35,518 nt of DNA from Candidatus Thorarchaeota archaeon (GCA_048882385.1 JBHLRQ010000025.1:1-35518); one strand, 5' to 3'; positions 1-10,489 are shown, counted from the stretch's first letter. The notes: generated from the sequence alone by a model not told the origin. Numbers and translations are program-made.

Positions 1-3000
1 ATGCCTCTCCAGTTGGCAAAGTCATTGATATTCTCAGGAAGCACATCGAAATACAGCCTGGTGTAGACAAAGGAGTGTGTAGTTCTTGTTGCATCATCAT
101 GCGTGCATTTGAATATGCCGAGCCACCGATGATACCAGATGTTCCATATCTGGTGGTAGGAGTTAATCCTAATTGCCACTGGGAAGTTAGGCATTCCTAT
201 TCCTGGCTCAATCCAAGCACTAGTATTATAGAACTCAGCTCTCCAACCAGCTCCGTATTGGGTATCTAATGGACTCCTAAATGGATAGCCAGAAATATCC
301 GGGATGTAAGGTGCACCTGTTTCGCTCGTATTTGAGAAGGAACCAGGTGGTGCGTCAATGCTTATCCAAGGCACATTCCAGCTTCTTGACACCCAATAAT
401 CTGCACCCTTACCTGTTGCGGTTAAGTTGCCTACGAGCTTACAAAGCAGTTCGATACGGTCTCCCACATCTAGTCCATTATTATCAACATCGTAGGTGTT
501 TATTGTTGGATTACCAGAAATATCACTTATTGGCACCACATTGCAAATTTGATTTGGACTTCCAAAGATTGCTTTTGTGAGCCATTCTATGATAGTGCTC
601 TTGGCATCAAAAAAGAAGTCGAATATTGCCAAGAATATTTCGAAAATCCATCCGACAACAGGTATCGATCCTATAGCGGCGCTAAGAAGTGCCCATATGA
701 CGTTTATAACCGTTGCAACTACCCCATATGCAATAGCCAACTCAGTACCCAAGGTTCCTCCAATTGCCATGCCAATCTCAATCGCCATCCATATGGATAA
801 ACCAATGTCCACAAGACAACAAATGACATCAAGAGAATTACCGATTGCTCTGGCGAATTTGTTTATTCCCGTGCCAACTTTATTTATGGCTTTACATGAC
901 TTGAACCAAGAACGTGTACTTTTTCCAGCAGCTACTGCACCTTTACTGAAGCCCTTCGCAGGTAATGTTTTCAGAGATTTAAATGCCTTCATGCTGGTTT
1001 GTGTAATATCACCAAGGTAACCAAGTCCGTCGATTCCCCAGGAAATGACATTATCTACAGTATCTATGATAGCAGCTTCAGGAAAGTCGAAGATTACTGG
1101 CGAGTCGCCCACTTGTGTAATAATTGTCTGTCCAGCGTGCCAATTCAGCATCATGGCTAGTAGATTGTAAACAGAAAGCTCTTCTTGACCCCAATTCAGA
1201 ATCTCAGTCATTATTTCCTCCAAGGCTAGATAGCGGAAGCTGGAGGTGTTGTAGAGATTGGTCTTCAGTGTCTTTGCAATGGTGATTTCTTCCGCAACCA
1301 TATCGAATGTGCACGAACTGCCCATGACATAAGTCCCAGACAACACCTCGGAGAGTTCCAAGATCTTGCTATGATCTTCATTGGCGATTATGATTGGTAC
1401 ATTCTCGCTCTCTGGAAAGTATGGAGCTAATCCTTGGAGCGCTGCTGGCAACATATCATTGCTCATCGATACAAATGCTTCATCACGATTTGAGAATGAT
1501 GCAATTAGGTTGTAGATATCAATATCATGATTGAACAGAATATCAGGCATATCTGCAAGTGCAGTGGTGGAGTTCCTCAAGTAATTGTATGAAAGTAAAA
1601 TATTTGCTGCAATTGTCTGATTTCTGTTTTCACTATAGAACAATCCTAGGTCAGAACCATAGCACTCTTCCACAACTAGGCCAGATAGCATACATGGCTC
1701 CTCATAAGTGACAAGAGTTATTGGCTCAGAATAAAAACCGACGTCTTCAATTTCAAATCCCACAAACTCAGAAGAATTAGCGATTAGTATACCATTATAT
1801 CCGAGCGAAACATAAAGCTCATTGTACCCGACAAATCCAGTCTTGCTGGATTCACCCCGGACTGAAAGAAATGATTCTCGCTCGCCTATCTCAGTAGCAT
1901 TAAACACAAGAAGTCCACTATCAGCTACTGTAAGGTATGGGCCATTTGGAATCTTGAAAGCAACCATATCATTGCCAAGATCCAGTATTTGAAGCCCGCC
2001 ACTCATCGGCTCAGTTTCATTAGCTACTGCTATTCCCTCATATCCGATGGATACATACATACCATTAGGAGCAGATAAAGTGCTTACACCTACATCACTG
2101 TACCCAATCACCTTCCATATCAGTTCAACCTGAAGGGATAGGTTTACTGGATCTGATCCAGGGTAGAACATCCTACCTATGAACGCAACTATATTACCAT
2201 ACTCCATCACTGGTGCAAGAGGTAGATGCACATAACCTGCCATTGCAGTTATTCCGTGCTCGTTTAGGATTTCCTGATTAGGAATCACATTAGTTGTAAC
2301 ATTGAGTTTTGGCACAATACTAACGTCTCTCTTTGAATTGTCAAGATCCTTCATTCTACCCTCAGCATCATATGGCCAATCCCAAGTCTGATAATACAGC
2401 TTTAGATTTTCAGGATTCTGGGGAACGATTTGAAAGGTCACATAGGTTGGCTTACCATTCGTTAGAACATCAATATCGAACTGGGGTTGGACTAATGACT
2501 TGGCAAAGGGAGATAGGTCAGGTGCATCATTCACACCGTCGCCGTCATTATCAAAATCCCATTGATTCGCAAGACCATCACCATCAAGATCAGTACTTAC
2601 TCCTTCAGGCAACTCAAAGAAATCAGGGAGGCCGTCATCATTTGTATCTGGATTCGTTGGGTCCAAATTGTTGAACACCTCGAATGTGTCATTTAGTTTA
2701 TCGAAGTCGGAATCTGTGTTATTAGAGTCGGTTCCAATAATGTTCTCAATGGCATCATACAAACCGTCATTATCCGTGTCATTTGCGTCACCTGGAGTCA
2801 CAGCTTCCAAAGCAAGCACCAATTCTTTCAAGGAGAAGGGAGTTCTGGGAGGATTGACTGATTCAAGAAATGACTCAATAATGGGAACCTTATTCAATAA
2901 CTCATTTTCTGAGTCATCTTTCAAAAACATCGGCTGATTGAAACCTCGCTGAATATCAACTGCAATCAGCATAGTTATCAATAACACAGTAAATGCGGCA

Positions 3001-3038
3001 CATATTACTCTCTTCAAGGTCCTCAACCTCTTAACCAC
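1..3038 (-). CDS. Giant secreted/surface protein with bacterial thrombospondin type 3-like (DxDxDG) Ca-binding repeats and an internal hydrophobic helical region; partial, runs off the left edge
   Basis: Absent from the ORF track, consistent with no stop inside the window. Manual minus-strand translation from GTG at 3038 (upstream in-frame TAG at 3072-3074) gives MVKRLRTLKRVICAAFTVLLITMLIAVD (signal/anchor), then DTDNDGLYD, DSDFDKLND, DTNDDGLPD, DLDGDGLAN, DNDGDGVND (~2790-2520), and later a Lys-rich plus Gly/Ala hydrophobic segment ending GSIPVVGWIFEIFL. The frame was open in every segment I translated and is still open at position 3 (>1000 aa). Confidence 0.9.
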   Translation of the reverse strand, partial: MVKRLRTLKRVICAAFTVLLITMLIAVDIQRGFNQPMFLKDDSENELLNKVPIIESFLESVNPPRTPFSLKELVLALEAVTPGDANDTDNDGLYDAIENIIGTDSNNTDSDFDKLNDTFEVFNNLDPTNPDTNDDGLPDFFELPEGVSTDLDGDGLANQWDFDNDGDGVNDAPDLSPFAKSLVQPQFDIDVLTNGKPTYVTFQIVPQNPENLKLYYQTWDWPYDAEGRMKDLDNSKRDVSIVPKLNVTTNVIPNQEILNEHGITAMAGYVHLPLAPVMEYGNIVAFIGRMFYPGSDPVNLSLQVELIWKVIGYSDVGVSTLSAPNGMYVSIGYEGIAVANETEPMSGGLQILDLGNDMVAFKIPNGPYLTVADSGLLVFNATEIGERESFLSVRGESSKTGFVGYNELYVSLGYNGILIANSSEFVGFEIEDVGFYSEPITLVTYEEPCMLSGLVVEECYGSDLGLFYSENRNQTIAANILLSYNYLRNSTTALADMPDILFNHDIDIYNLIASFSNRDEAFVSMSNDMLPAALQGLAPYFPESENVPIIIANEDHSKILELSEVLSGTYVMGSSCTFDMVAEEITIAKTLKTNLYNTSSFRYLALEEIMTEILNWGQEELSVYNLLAMMLNWHAGQTIITQVGDSPVIFDFPEAAIIDTVDNVISWGIDGLGYLGDITQTSMKAFKSLKTLPAKGFSKGAVAAGKSTRSWFKSCKAINKVGTGINKFARAIGNSLDVICCLVDIGLSIWMAIEIGMAIGGTLGTELAIAYGVVATVINVIWALLSAAIGSIPVVGWIFEIFLAIFDFFFDAKSTIIEWLTKAIFGSPNQICNVVPISDISGNPTINTYDVDNNGLDVGDRIELLCKLVGNLTATGKGADYWVSRSWNVPWISIDAPPGSFSNTSETGAPYIPDISGYPFRSPLDTQYGAGWRAEFYNTSAWIEPGIGMPNFPVAIRINSYHQIWNIWYHRWLGIFKCTHDDATRTTHSFVYTRLYFDVLPENINDFANWRG

Positions 3039-3450
3039 TCTCTCGAATCCTGGGGAAAAGAATCGTTCCTGCTAGAAGTCTGCCTCTTCTTCAAATTCCA
3101 CTGAACCACGAGCGAATATTACAAGCTAGAATTTTGTCATAAATATTCCGAGATTTTGCTGGAGCGCAATAATTCGAAAATTAGCTTCATTTTATTACAA
3201 TTGAAACGATATTTGCTCATTTGAATAAAGCAAACGAGTTCTCTGCTTAGATAATCAAAGACATCGAATGCAGTTCTAGATGTATTGTATGATTTGAACA
3301 TGTACAAGGATTATTCGACCTAGTTTCCAGTGCACCGCGTTGTTAAAACATAGCGGCGCTTACTTTCTTTTTCGTTTCTGAGAATTCTAACATCGTAGTG
3401 CGCGAATAAGCGACCTAATTAGGGAAAATGCAACCGAGGTCTTGATTGAC

Positions 3451-3999
3451 ATGGTCCGACTCCGTATGTTTCTTACGCTTGGAATTATCATTATTCTCGC
3501 ATCATCATTCTCCGTAGTACAGACTACGCAAAATCTAGCCGCGATTAATCCCGGTTTCAGAACAAGTCAAGATGATGGACCTGATATCTACCATTGGGGA
3601 ATTGAGGGTGAACCCGAGCTGGGTGAGGGTTTTGATGTATGGGCTAATGTCACTGATGAAGAAACCTCTGTTCTGAATGTATCAGTAGTTGTTTCAGGTC
3701 CAAATATGACACTGAACAGTCTCATGCCTTTCAATGGTAGTCTCTACACCGGGTCTGTTCCTGCGTTTCCAAATGATGGAGTTTTCAATGTTCTAATCCG
3801 CGCTTTCGATACTGAGAACAACTCAAGAGAGAGCTACGATGTTGACATCACATATGAAGCAAATCCAGTCATTCCGATTGATCCTTGGATTACAATGCCT
3901 ATTGTAGTTACATCAAGTTTAGGGCTTATGGTTGTGGTTGCTGGAATAGCTCTAGTTTATGATCGAAGAAGAAATGGCTCGACTGAAACTCTCGCATAG
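3451..3999 (+). CDS. Membrane-anchored extracellular protein with a probable Ig-like beta-sandwich
   Basis: N-terminal signal peptide, beta-rich core (FDVWANVTD...VLNVSVVV...YTGSVPAF...FNVLIRAFD), several NxS/T sequons, C-terminal TM helix followed by RRR. ATG 3451 preferred over TTG 3442. Confidence 0.75.
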   Translation: MVRLRMFLTLGIIIILASSFSVVQTTQNLAAINPGFRTSQDDGPDIYHWGIEGEPELGEGFDVWANVTDEETSVLNVSVVVSGPNMTLNSLMPFNGSLYTGSVPAFPNDGVFNVLIRAFDTENNSRESYDVDITYEANPVIPIDPWITMPIVVTSSLGLMVVVAGIALVYDRRRNGSTETLA

Positions 4000-4059
4000 T
4001 CAGATACTACCTTTACACAACCAATCGGTTCCACAATATTTGTATCACATATGATATAA

Positions 4060-4082
4060 TCGTGAATCTTATAAGTTCACGA
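4060..4082. promoter_or_regulatory. Inverted repeat enclosing a TATA-like box upstream of the ABC operon
   Basis: TCGTGAA-tCTTATAAG-TTCACGA: 7-bp perfect arms around a palindromic TATA-like core. Confidence 0.35.
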
Positions 4083-4229
4083 ATCTTGAGGACAAAGTAG
4101 TCCGAGCATGCCGCATCTTCATTTGATCGACATGTGAAGAAAGTGAAATATTGTTTGGCTTTTGTCAAAAATCAAACAATTTATAAGAGTTTGAACTTAA
4201 TTCGTGATGCACTGGAGGAAACAGCCGCG

Positions 4230-7019
4230 ATGTTCAGGTACGCCTTAAAACGAGTCGTTCGTAGTTATCGTCTCTTCATCGCATTGACTATCGGAGTCTT
4301 TCTAGCAACTACATTCTTCACATCAACCAATGTTGCAGCAGACATTCTTTCACGGGATGCACTTGATGCGAGCGTGGAAGGAATTCCATATGACTTTTCG
4401 ATTGACTCTAGACGTTCAAACTGGACAGTGGATGATTTTGGAAATCTGGAGGACGATTTGATAGCTCTGGAAGGTGTATCAACTACAACACGCTCGTCAT
4501 CGATTACCTTCTTGACAAATGAAACGAATGCGAATTTTACATTGGCTGGTGTAGAGCTAGATTCAGAATTCTCAGCAGGTATGCAACTGATATCGGGTAG
4601 GTCCTCACTAGGTCCAAATGAAACCTATATCGTACGTGGATCTCGAAATGAGTCTCTCTTTACTCTTGATCAAGTTGTTGAAGTCAACGTGACTGTGTCA
4701 CGTGGAATCCTTCCACCTTATATCATTGAACGAAATCTCACTGTTGCCGGACTTGTTACACTCCCTGAAGATCTCCGAGAGGCAATTGTTCCCAACCCAC
4801 TAGGTGGTATCTTTGGTCTAATTGCGAGCTTGGGACAAGGTGGCGCTATCGGATTTACATTGGATACATCCTATAACTATATGATAACGGACTGGAATAT
4901 GGTCTTTTCATCAATATTGGATGAAGCTGAAACAGTTGGTTCACATACAGGCGTAGATGTACGAAACATTATCCACCTTCAGATTGACCGAGCTCAATAC
5001 CTTGACCCATATGATGTTGCTACATCATTAACCCGAATTGAAAGTCTTGAAGAAATCATCAGCACTCGAACATCAGTTTATGATGCTAATGTCATCTCTA
5101 ACCTTCAGTTTCCCCTCATGTTTTATCAATTCACCCAACTAGGAATGAGTGCCCAGTTTCTATCTTTGTCCCTTCCAATCTTTCTCTTAGCCTATTTTGT
5201 CGGAACATTGGTGAGTGACGCTGGATATAACTTCAGAAGAAGAGAGATTGGTCTGTTACTTACGAAGGGATACCAACGTCATACGATACGACGAATGTTC
5301 CTCGTAGAGGGTGCCCTCGTGGGAGGACTAGCTGGAGGCGTTTCTATATTTGTGGGGACTTGGGCTGCATATTATGTTCTGGGTGTGACGAACGTTGACC
5401 TCCTTTCTGGTGTATTGATTAACATCATCTCGGTCATTCTATCGATAATTCTCGGGATGTTCTTAGGTCTCTTCTCAGTGTGGAGACCAGCAGGTCGTGC
5501 GTCAAAGCTAGAGATCCTTGATGCCTTGAAACAGTACATTTTCGTGGAGGAAACTTCTGAATACAAACGATTGCTACCAACTATCTCATTAATTCTTGGA
5601 ACTTACAAGATGATAGTCTGGATACTTGGAATCGATGTGACAGCACTCTTCACTACAATTCCAACAGGTAACTTCTTTATTGTGATAGTCATCGGAGCCT
5701 GGCTTGCGGTTGATGGAATTCTCAACTCGATTGGACCCCTATTGTTCCTCTATGGTGCAACAAAGGTCTTTATGCAGGGTTCTCTGAGATTTCAGGAAAC
5801 AGTTGTTAATGCTGGGAAGAGATTCTTTGGAGCATTTGGTACTCTTGCAACCAGAAATGTGAAGAGAAATCCCTCAAGAACAGCATCACTTGTGTTTATT
5901 ATAGCTCTAATTGTTTCATACGGGATATTTGCTACAGGAAGTCTATATTCTCAATATGATTATACTGAAAGAACAGCAAAGTACGATGTTGGATCAGATT
6001 TGAGACTTCAGTTGAATCCTGGTGCAAATGTCACTGATATCCTTTCTACAGTGAGATCATACTCCTCAGTTGATGGTGCAACACCCGAGTATTATCTTGA
6101 CCTACGTGTTGGAGCAGTATCTATCGAAACTCGAGGAGTGAGACCTGATGAATGGCTTGACGTTGGGTACTGGGAGGCTCAATGGGCAGTAAGTGATTTC
6201 CGGGAGATGATTTCAAACCTTGACGATAATGAGATAGTTCTCTCAAGAGATGTTGCACAACGTTTGGAACTTGAGGTGGGTGATTCAATCTTCGTAGCTG
6301 GTCCATTCGGTTCTGGTACTTATGAACTAACTATTGTTGGTGTAATTGGATATCAGACTGCAGTTGAGTTCATCTTTGGTGGTGTAACTTTCGCCACAGG
6401 AGGACAATATCTTTCTTACGTGTCAGAAGGATTTCTAAATGAGAGTCTCCTGCTGCTGACATCAACAGCAAACATACTTGTAGACACTACTGAGGGAACC
6501 AATGGCACAATCCTGCAAGAACAGCTTGCTTCAGACATCTCAGATGTATACGCAAGTTACTCTGTCACTTCTGAGATAGCTGATTACAATAGCAGTGCAT
6601 TAAGGAGTGGCACAATAAAGATACAATGGATGGCAATTACGTTTGCTATACTTCTTGCTATTGTTGGAACTGGTCTTGTCGTCATTCTCACCCTGAGAGA
6701 GAAGGATGCTGAGATTGCATTACTTTCTGTCAGGGGATTCAATAAATGGCAGTTGTTCAAGACATTACTCGCAGAGGTCCTAGTGACAATTGTGTTCGCA
6801 TTGTTAATGGGCCTTTTCGTTGGATATGTAGAGAATTTGGGACAAGTGTCTCAATTGAATCAGAACCAATCTGGACTGATTCGATATCAGATCTTTCTGG
6901 GAGGAGCAGCAGGTAACACAATTCTGATTTTACTTGGTGTTGTGCTTTTGGCTGCAATTATACCAGTCTGGTGGGCTTCGAGGAGAGCCGAAACAAAGGT
7001 GATTGTATTAAGGTCTTAG
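4230..7019 (+). CDS. ABC transporter permease, FtsX/MacB family (two fused halves)
   Basis: Two FtsX-type signatures (RRREIGLLLTKG...MFLVEG and EKDAEIALLSVRG...LLAE), two large extracellular loops and multiple TM helices. ATG 4230 follows GGAGG (the ORF track starts at 4134). Confidence 0.9.
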   Translation: MFRYALKRVVRSYRLFIALTIGVFLATTFFTSTNVAADILSRDALDASVEGIPYDFSIDSRRSNWTVDDFGNLEDDLIALEGVSTTTRSSSITFLTNETNANFTLAGVELDSEFSAGMQLISGRSSLGPNETYIVRGSRNESLFTLDQVVEVNVTVSRGILPPYIIERNLTVAGLVTLPEDLREAIVPNPLGGIFGLIASLGQGGAIGFTLDTSYNYMITDWNMVFSSILDEAETVGSHTGVDVRNIIHLQIDRAQYLDPYDVATSLTRIESLEEIISTRTSVYDANVISNLQFPLMFYQFTQLGMSAQFLSLSLPIFLLAYFVGTLVSDAGYNFRRREIGLLLTKGYQRHTIRRMFLVEGALVGGLAGGVSIFVGTWAAYYVLGVTNVDLLSGVLINIISVILSIILGMFLGLFSVWRPAGRASKLEILDALKQYIFVEETSEYKRLLPTISLILGTYKMIVWILGIDVTALFTTIPTGNFFIVIVIGAWLAVDGILNSIGPLLFLYGATKVFMQGSLRFQETVVNAGKRFFGAFGTLATRNVKRNPSRTASLVFIIALIVSYGIFATGSLYSQYDYTERTAKYDVGSDLRLQLNPGANVTDILSTVRSYSSVDGATPEYYLDLRVGAVSIETRGVRPDEWLDVGYWEAQWAVSDFREMISNLDDNEIVLSRDVAQRLELEVGDSIFVAGPFGSGTYELTIVGVIGYQTAVEFIFGGVTFATGGQYLSYVSEGFLNESLLLLTSTANILVDTTEGTNGTILQEQLASDISDVYASYSVTSEIADYNSSALRSGTIKIQWMAITFAILLAIVGTGLVVILTLREKDAEIALLSVRGFNKWQLFKTLLAEVLVTIVFALLMGLFVGYVENLGQVSQLNQNQSGLIRYQIFLGGAAGNTILILLGVVLLAAIIPVWWASRRAETKVIVLRS

Positions 7020-7028
7020 GTGATTTAA

Positions 7029-7922
7029 ATGAGTGATAACAAAGCATACATTCAGGCGGATGAACTTGTAAAGGTCTTCCGGTTAGGAAATGTTGAGGTT
7101 CAAGCCCTCAGGGGGCTCTCACTTCGAGTTGACAAGGGTGAAATGGTTGCCATTGTTGGAGCGAGTGGTTCTGGAAAGACAACTCTACTCAACATCCTTG
7201 GTGGAATTACCAGAGCAACTGCTGGTCAGACTGTTGTTGCGGGATATGACGTGACAAATGCATCACCCGTTCAGCTTGTAGCTTTAAGGAGAGAGATTGT
7301 TGGACATATCTTCCAAGAATTGAATCTTATTCCCACCTTGACCGCGTACGAAAACGTAGAACTCCCTATGCTGGCCGCCAAAGCTGATGGAAAGAAAAGG
7401 AAAAGACGAGTAGAGGAACTGCTCTCGATTGTTGGTTTGGCTGATAGAATGAAACACAAGCCCGACGAACTCTCAGGCGGAGAACGACAGAGAGTCGCCA
7501 TTGCTGCTGCAATTGCCAATGATCCTCACGTGTTGCTTTGCGATGAGCCAACTGGGGACCTAGACACGGAAACCGGTGCAATAATAGTAGAATACCTCCA
7601 TAAGGTGAACAAGGAGTATGGAAAGACTGTCCTCATGGTGACTCACGATCCTTCGATTGCACGACAAGCTGACCGTATCTTTAGAATACGTGATGGTCAG
7701 ATAATCTCTGTTCAGACTCCAACCAATGATACGCAGATGGGTGCTGCTTCGAGAGTAGATGTCATTCGTGAACGTCTTGCTGAGATTAAGGGAGAGATTG
7801 CCCGTCTTGATGAAGAAGTCAAAGCTGGTACAATAGATCCAGGTATTTTCGCAGGACGAAGAACACAATTGGCTGACAGACAAAAGATGTTCGAGGAAGA
7901 GCTTCATCGATTGGGATTGTAG
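7029..7922 (+). CDS. ABC transporter ATP-binding protein, LolD/MacB family, with a C-terminal helical extension
   Basis: Walker A GASGSGKTT, signature LSGGERQR, Walker B LLCDEPTGDLD, H-loop VTHD; AGGTGA SD upstream. Confidence 0.95.
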   Translation: MSDNKAYIQADELVKVFRLGNVEVQALRGLSLRVDKGEMVAIVGASGSGKTTLLNILGGITRATAGQTVVAGYDVTNASPVQLVALRREIVGHIFQELNLIPTLTAYENVELPMLAAKADGKKRKRRVEELLSIVGLADRMKHKPDELSGGERQRVAIAAAIANDPHVLLCDEPTGDLDTETGAIIVEYLHKVNKEYGKTVLMVTHDPSIARQADRIFRIRDGQIISVQTPTNDTQMGAASRVDVIRERLAEIKGEIARLDEEVKAGTIDPGIFAGRRTQLADRQKMFEEELHRLGL

Positions 7923-7988
7923 TATTCATCAAAGATTTAAATTCCAGAAGTTCCATCTCTAAAATACAATAAGGGGTGGGTTGAAACA

Positions 7989-9044
7989 TTGTCACAAGAT
8001 GAGTCTGTTGAGTTTGTGATTGCTGGTGTAAGAAAGGCTGAAGCTAGACTTTTAGGTGAGGCTGAAGAGTTTTTTCGACGTGCAATAAAGCTGAACCGCG
8101 AGAATGCTGTAGCTTGGTACAATCTTGGAATTCTTCTAGCGGAACAAAATCGCAAAGAAGAAGCCTCAAAGGCTTATACTGAAGCCATAGCTTCAACTCC
8201 TGGTAGCATATTCGAAGATGCATGGTTGAACCTCGCAATGACAAGAATCGATACTGGTGGAGCTCAATCTTGCATTGATACTATCGATGAAGCTATTCAA
8301 TTCATTCCGCAATCTGACTCCCTCTGGAACACAAAGGGTGTGTTGCATCAAGCCCTTGATCAGCTTCAAGAGGCAGAGGAATGCTATAGAAAGGCAATTT
8401 CAATAAATCCGAACTTTGATCTTGCATGGGTGAATCTTGCCAAAATCTATGCGAGGACAGGGCGACGAGAGGAAGCAAAAGATGCGCTGAAGAAAGGATA
8501 CAGTGGTAGACAGTTTACTAGTCTCGTTGATTTGGAAAAACAGTGGGCTGCAACGAGAGATGAGCTTTCTGATATATTGCCAGATTGGTTTACCGAAACG
8601 ATGGAGTCTTCCTATCAAGATATAATGGCTCAGGAAAAAATGGGGGGTGCTATTCTTGCTCCTCGTTCATATAAGAATCCAATTACGAGAAGCTACATTC
8701 AGAAGACTCTTTCTAAGCATCCTACTAACGCACAGCTTTGGATGGAGCTTGGTAAATTTCAGATGGAATCGGAGGAATATGATGATGCTGAAAAATCATT
8801 CAAACGAGCACTTCGACTTAACGCAAAGATTCCTCGAGCTTCATTCAATCTTGGAATGATATTCATGAAGAAAGGGATGCAGATTGAAGCTGTTGAAGCA
8901 TTTACGGTTGAAACTGTTAATTCTCCAAATAGTGATGATGTTTGGGAACTTCTAGGAAAGTCATTGGAAATGATTGGGAAGATGAAAGAAAGTAGAGCTG
9001 CTCTAGACAAGGCAGAAGCTCTCAGAAATTCTAGACAGTTTTGA
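7989..9044 (+). CDS. Tetratricopeptide repeat protein
   Basis: Repeated AWYNLG/LWNTKG/AWVNLA/ASFNLG...A..Y..AI..NP motifs in two blocks. Confidence 0.88.
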   Translation: MSQDESVEFVIAGVRKAEARLLGEAEEFFRRAIKLNRENAVAWYNLGILLAEQNRKEEASKAYTEAIASTPGSIFEDAWLNLAMTRIDTGGAQSCIDTIDEAIQFIPQSDSLWNTKGVLHQALDQLQEAEECYRKAISINPNFDLAWVNLAKIYARTGRREEAKDALKKGYSGRQFTSLVDLEKQWAATRDELSDILPDWFTETMESSYQDIMAQEKMGGAILAPRSYKNPITRSYIQKTLSKHPTNAQLWMELGKFQMESEEYDDAEKSFKRALRLNAKIPRASFNLGMIFMKKGMQIEAVEAFTVETVNSPNSDDVWELLGKSLEMIGKMKESRAALDKAEALRNSRQF

Positions 9045-9103
9045 AAATATTCAGAAGAACTTATCAAAGGCTTGTGGAGATATTTTCATTAGGAGGAATT
9101 CCA

Positions 9104-10441
9104 ATGGGGGGAAAACCCTCAAATCTGTATGAATGGATTAAACTAGGTAAGAAATTATCGAACGAAGGCAATCACAAAGAAGCTGAGAAGACTTTCAAAC
9201 AAATCACTAAGGACTACAAGGATGACGCTTTGTCGTGGTATAATCTTGGTGTCTTTTATGGTAAGATGAATGATCCCAAGAATGCAATCAATTGTTTTGA
9301 GACTGCTTTGAAGTTACAGCCCGAATTTCCTCAGGCGGTAATTAACATTGGTTGGCATACTACGAGTCTTAAGGGAGGAAAAGACGGAATCAAGAAACTA
9401 CAGAAGTTGAAAAGGGATACTGAAACATATGCAATGGTATGGAGTGCAATTGGTGTTCTACACTTCAAACTCGAGGAATACAAAGCCGCTGAAAAGGCTC
9501 TCCGAACGGCAGTTGAACTTAAACCAAAATACGAACATGCTATAATCAATCTTGGTCGAGTACTTCAAGCTCTTAAGGATGAAGACGCAGCAGCTGGAGT
9601 TATTCGTGAGCATTTTGGAGAATCTGCTGCACAAAGACACAAAGCTTTCCTAGGCGTAGGAACATATCCCACTGTAGGATATATGTTGCCAATAAGCGAT
9701 AGAGAAATCGAATTGGCTGAGATAGCTGCAGAGTTTCCGGATGCTGCAAATTCTTGGTTCGAGCTTGGCAATGAGCAGATAGCGAATGGGCGAAATAGCA
9801 AGGCTGCTGAATCTTTTAGGAAAGCATCAGATGCAGATCCTAATCACTTTGAAAGCATTTCTAATCTTGGAGCTGCCCTCTTGAATGGATGTGAGTATGA
9901 GGAATCTATTGCAGCTCTGAAAAGGGCACAGGAATTGAAGCCAGACCATGAGGCACCAATTAGGAATCTAGCAATGATCTATGAAAAGATTGGTGAATAC
10001 GAGAATGCAATGTCATACCTAGATAACCTCTCTTCTTTGCTCCCAGGTGATGATACTCTAAAAATTGACAAAGCGCGAATGCTTCTAAATCTGGACAAGA
10101 AAGAGGAAGGTTCTCAAGCATTATGCGAGCTCTTCAACATCAATTACGATCCCGAGGATCTAAAAATGTGGAAATCAGTAGGTCTTGAACTATACAATCG
10201 GGATTATCTTGATGGAGCTGATATTTGCTATCATGGGGCGTTAGGAGTAGACAGGACTGATCCAGAAACCAATTTCTACATCGGAGTAATCGCCTTGAAA
10301 CAAGGTCGATTGATGATGGCCGAAGTGATGCTTTGGCAAGCATTGACTCGAGATAAGAATCTGGTTACACGATTGAAACAGGTGCCTGGATGGGAGGTTC
10401 TGCTACAATCTGGAATGCTTAGAATGATAATTGGAAGTTGA
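9104..10441 (+). CDS. Tetratricopeptide repeat protein
   Basis: Multiple TPR units (SWYNLG, VWSAIG, SWFELG, SISNLG). ATG 9104 follows AGGAGG (the ORF track starts at TTG 9041). Confidence 0.88.
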   Translation: MGGKPSNLYEWIKLGKKLSNEGNHKEAEKTFKQITKDYKDDALSWYNLGVFYGKMNDPKNAINCFETALKLQPEFPQAVINIGWHTTSLKGGKDGIKKLQKLKRDTETYAMVWSAIGVLHFKLEEYKAAEKALRTAVELKPKYEHAIINLGRVLQALKDEDAAAGVIREHFGESAAQRHKAFLGVGTYPTVGYMLPISDREIELAEIAAEFPDAANSWFELGNEQIANGRNSKAAESFRKASDADPNHFESISNLGAALLNGCEYEESIAALKRAQELKPDHEAPIRNLAMIYEKIGEYENAMSYLDNLSSLLPGDDTLKIDKARMLLNLDKKEEGSQALCELFNINYDPEDLKMWKSVGLELYNRDYLDGADICYHGALGVDRTDPETNFYIGVIALKQGRLMMAEVMLWQALTRDKNLVTRLKQVPGWEVLLQSGMLRMIIGS

Positions 10442-10456
10442 TTTTTACTTAATAGA

Positions 10457-10489
10457 GAAGCTGAACGGGGTCAATCCCCGTTCCGCTTC
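10457..10489 (+). terminator. GC-rich hairpin after the TPR genes (terminator-like or REP-like)
   Basis: GAAGC-t-GAACGGGG-tcaat-CCCCGTTC-c-GCTTC: 13-bp stem with one mismatch, followed shortly by a T-run. Confidence 0.45.

Noticed and set aside
75-2937. Six short plus-strand ORFs in the track
   Set aside because: They are antisense shadows of the long minus-strand gene at 1-3038.
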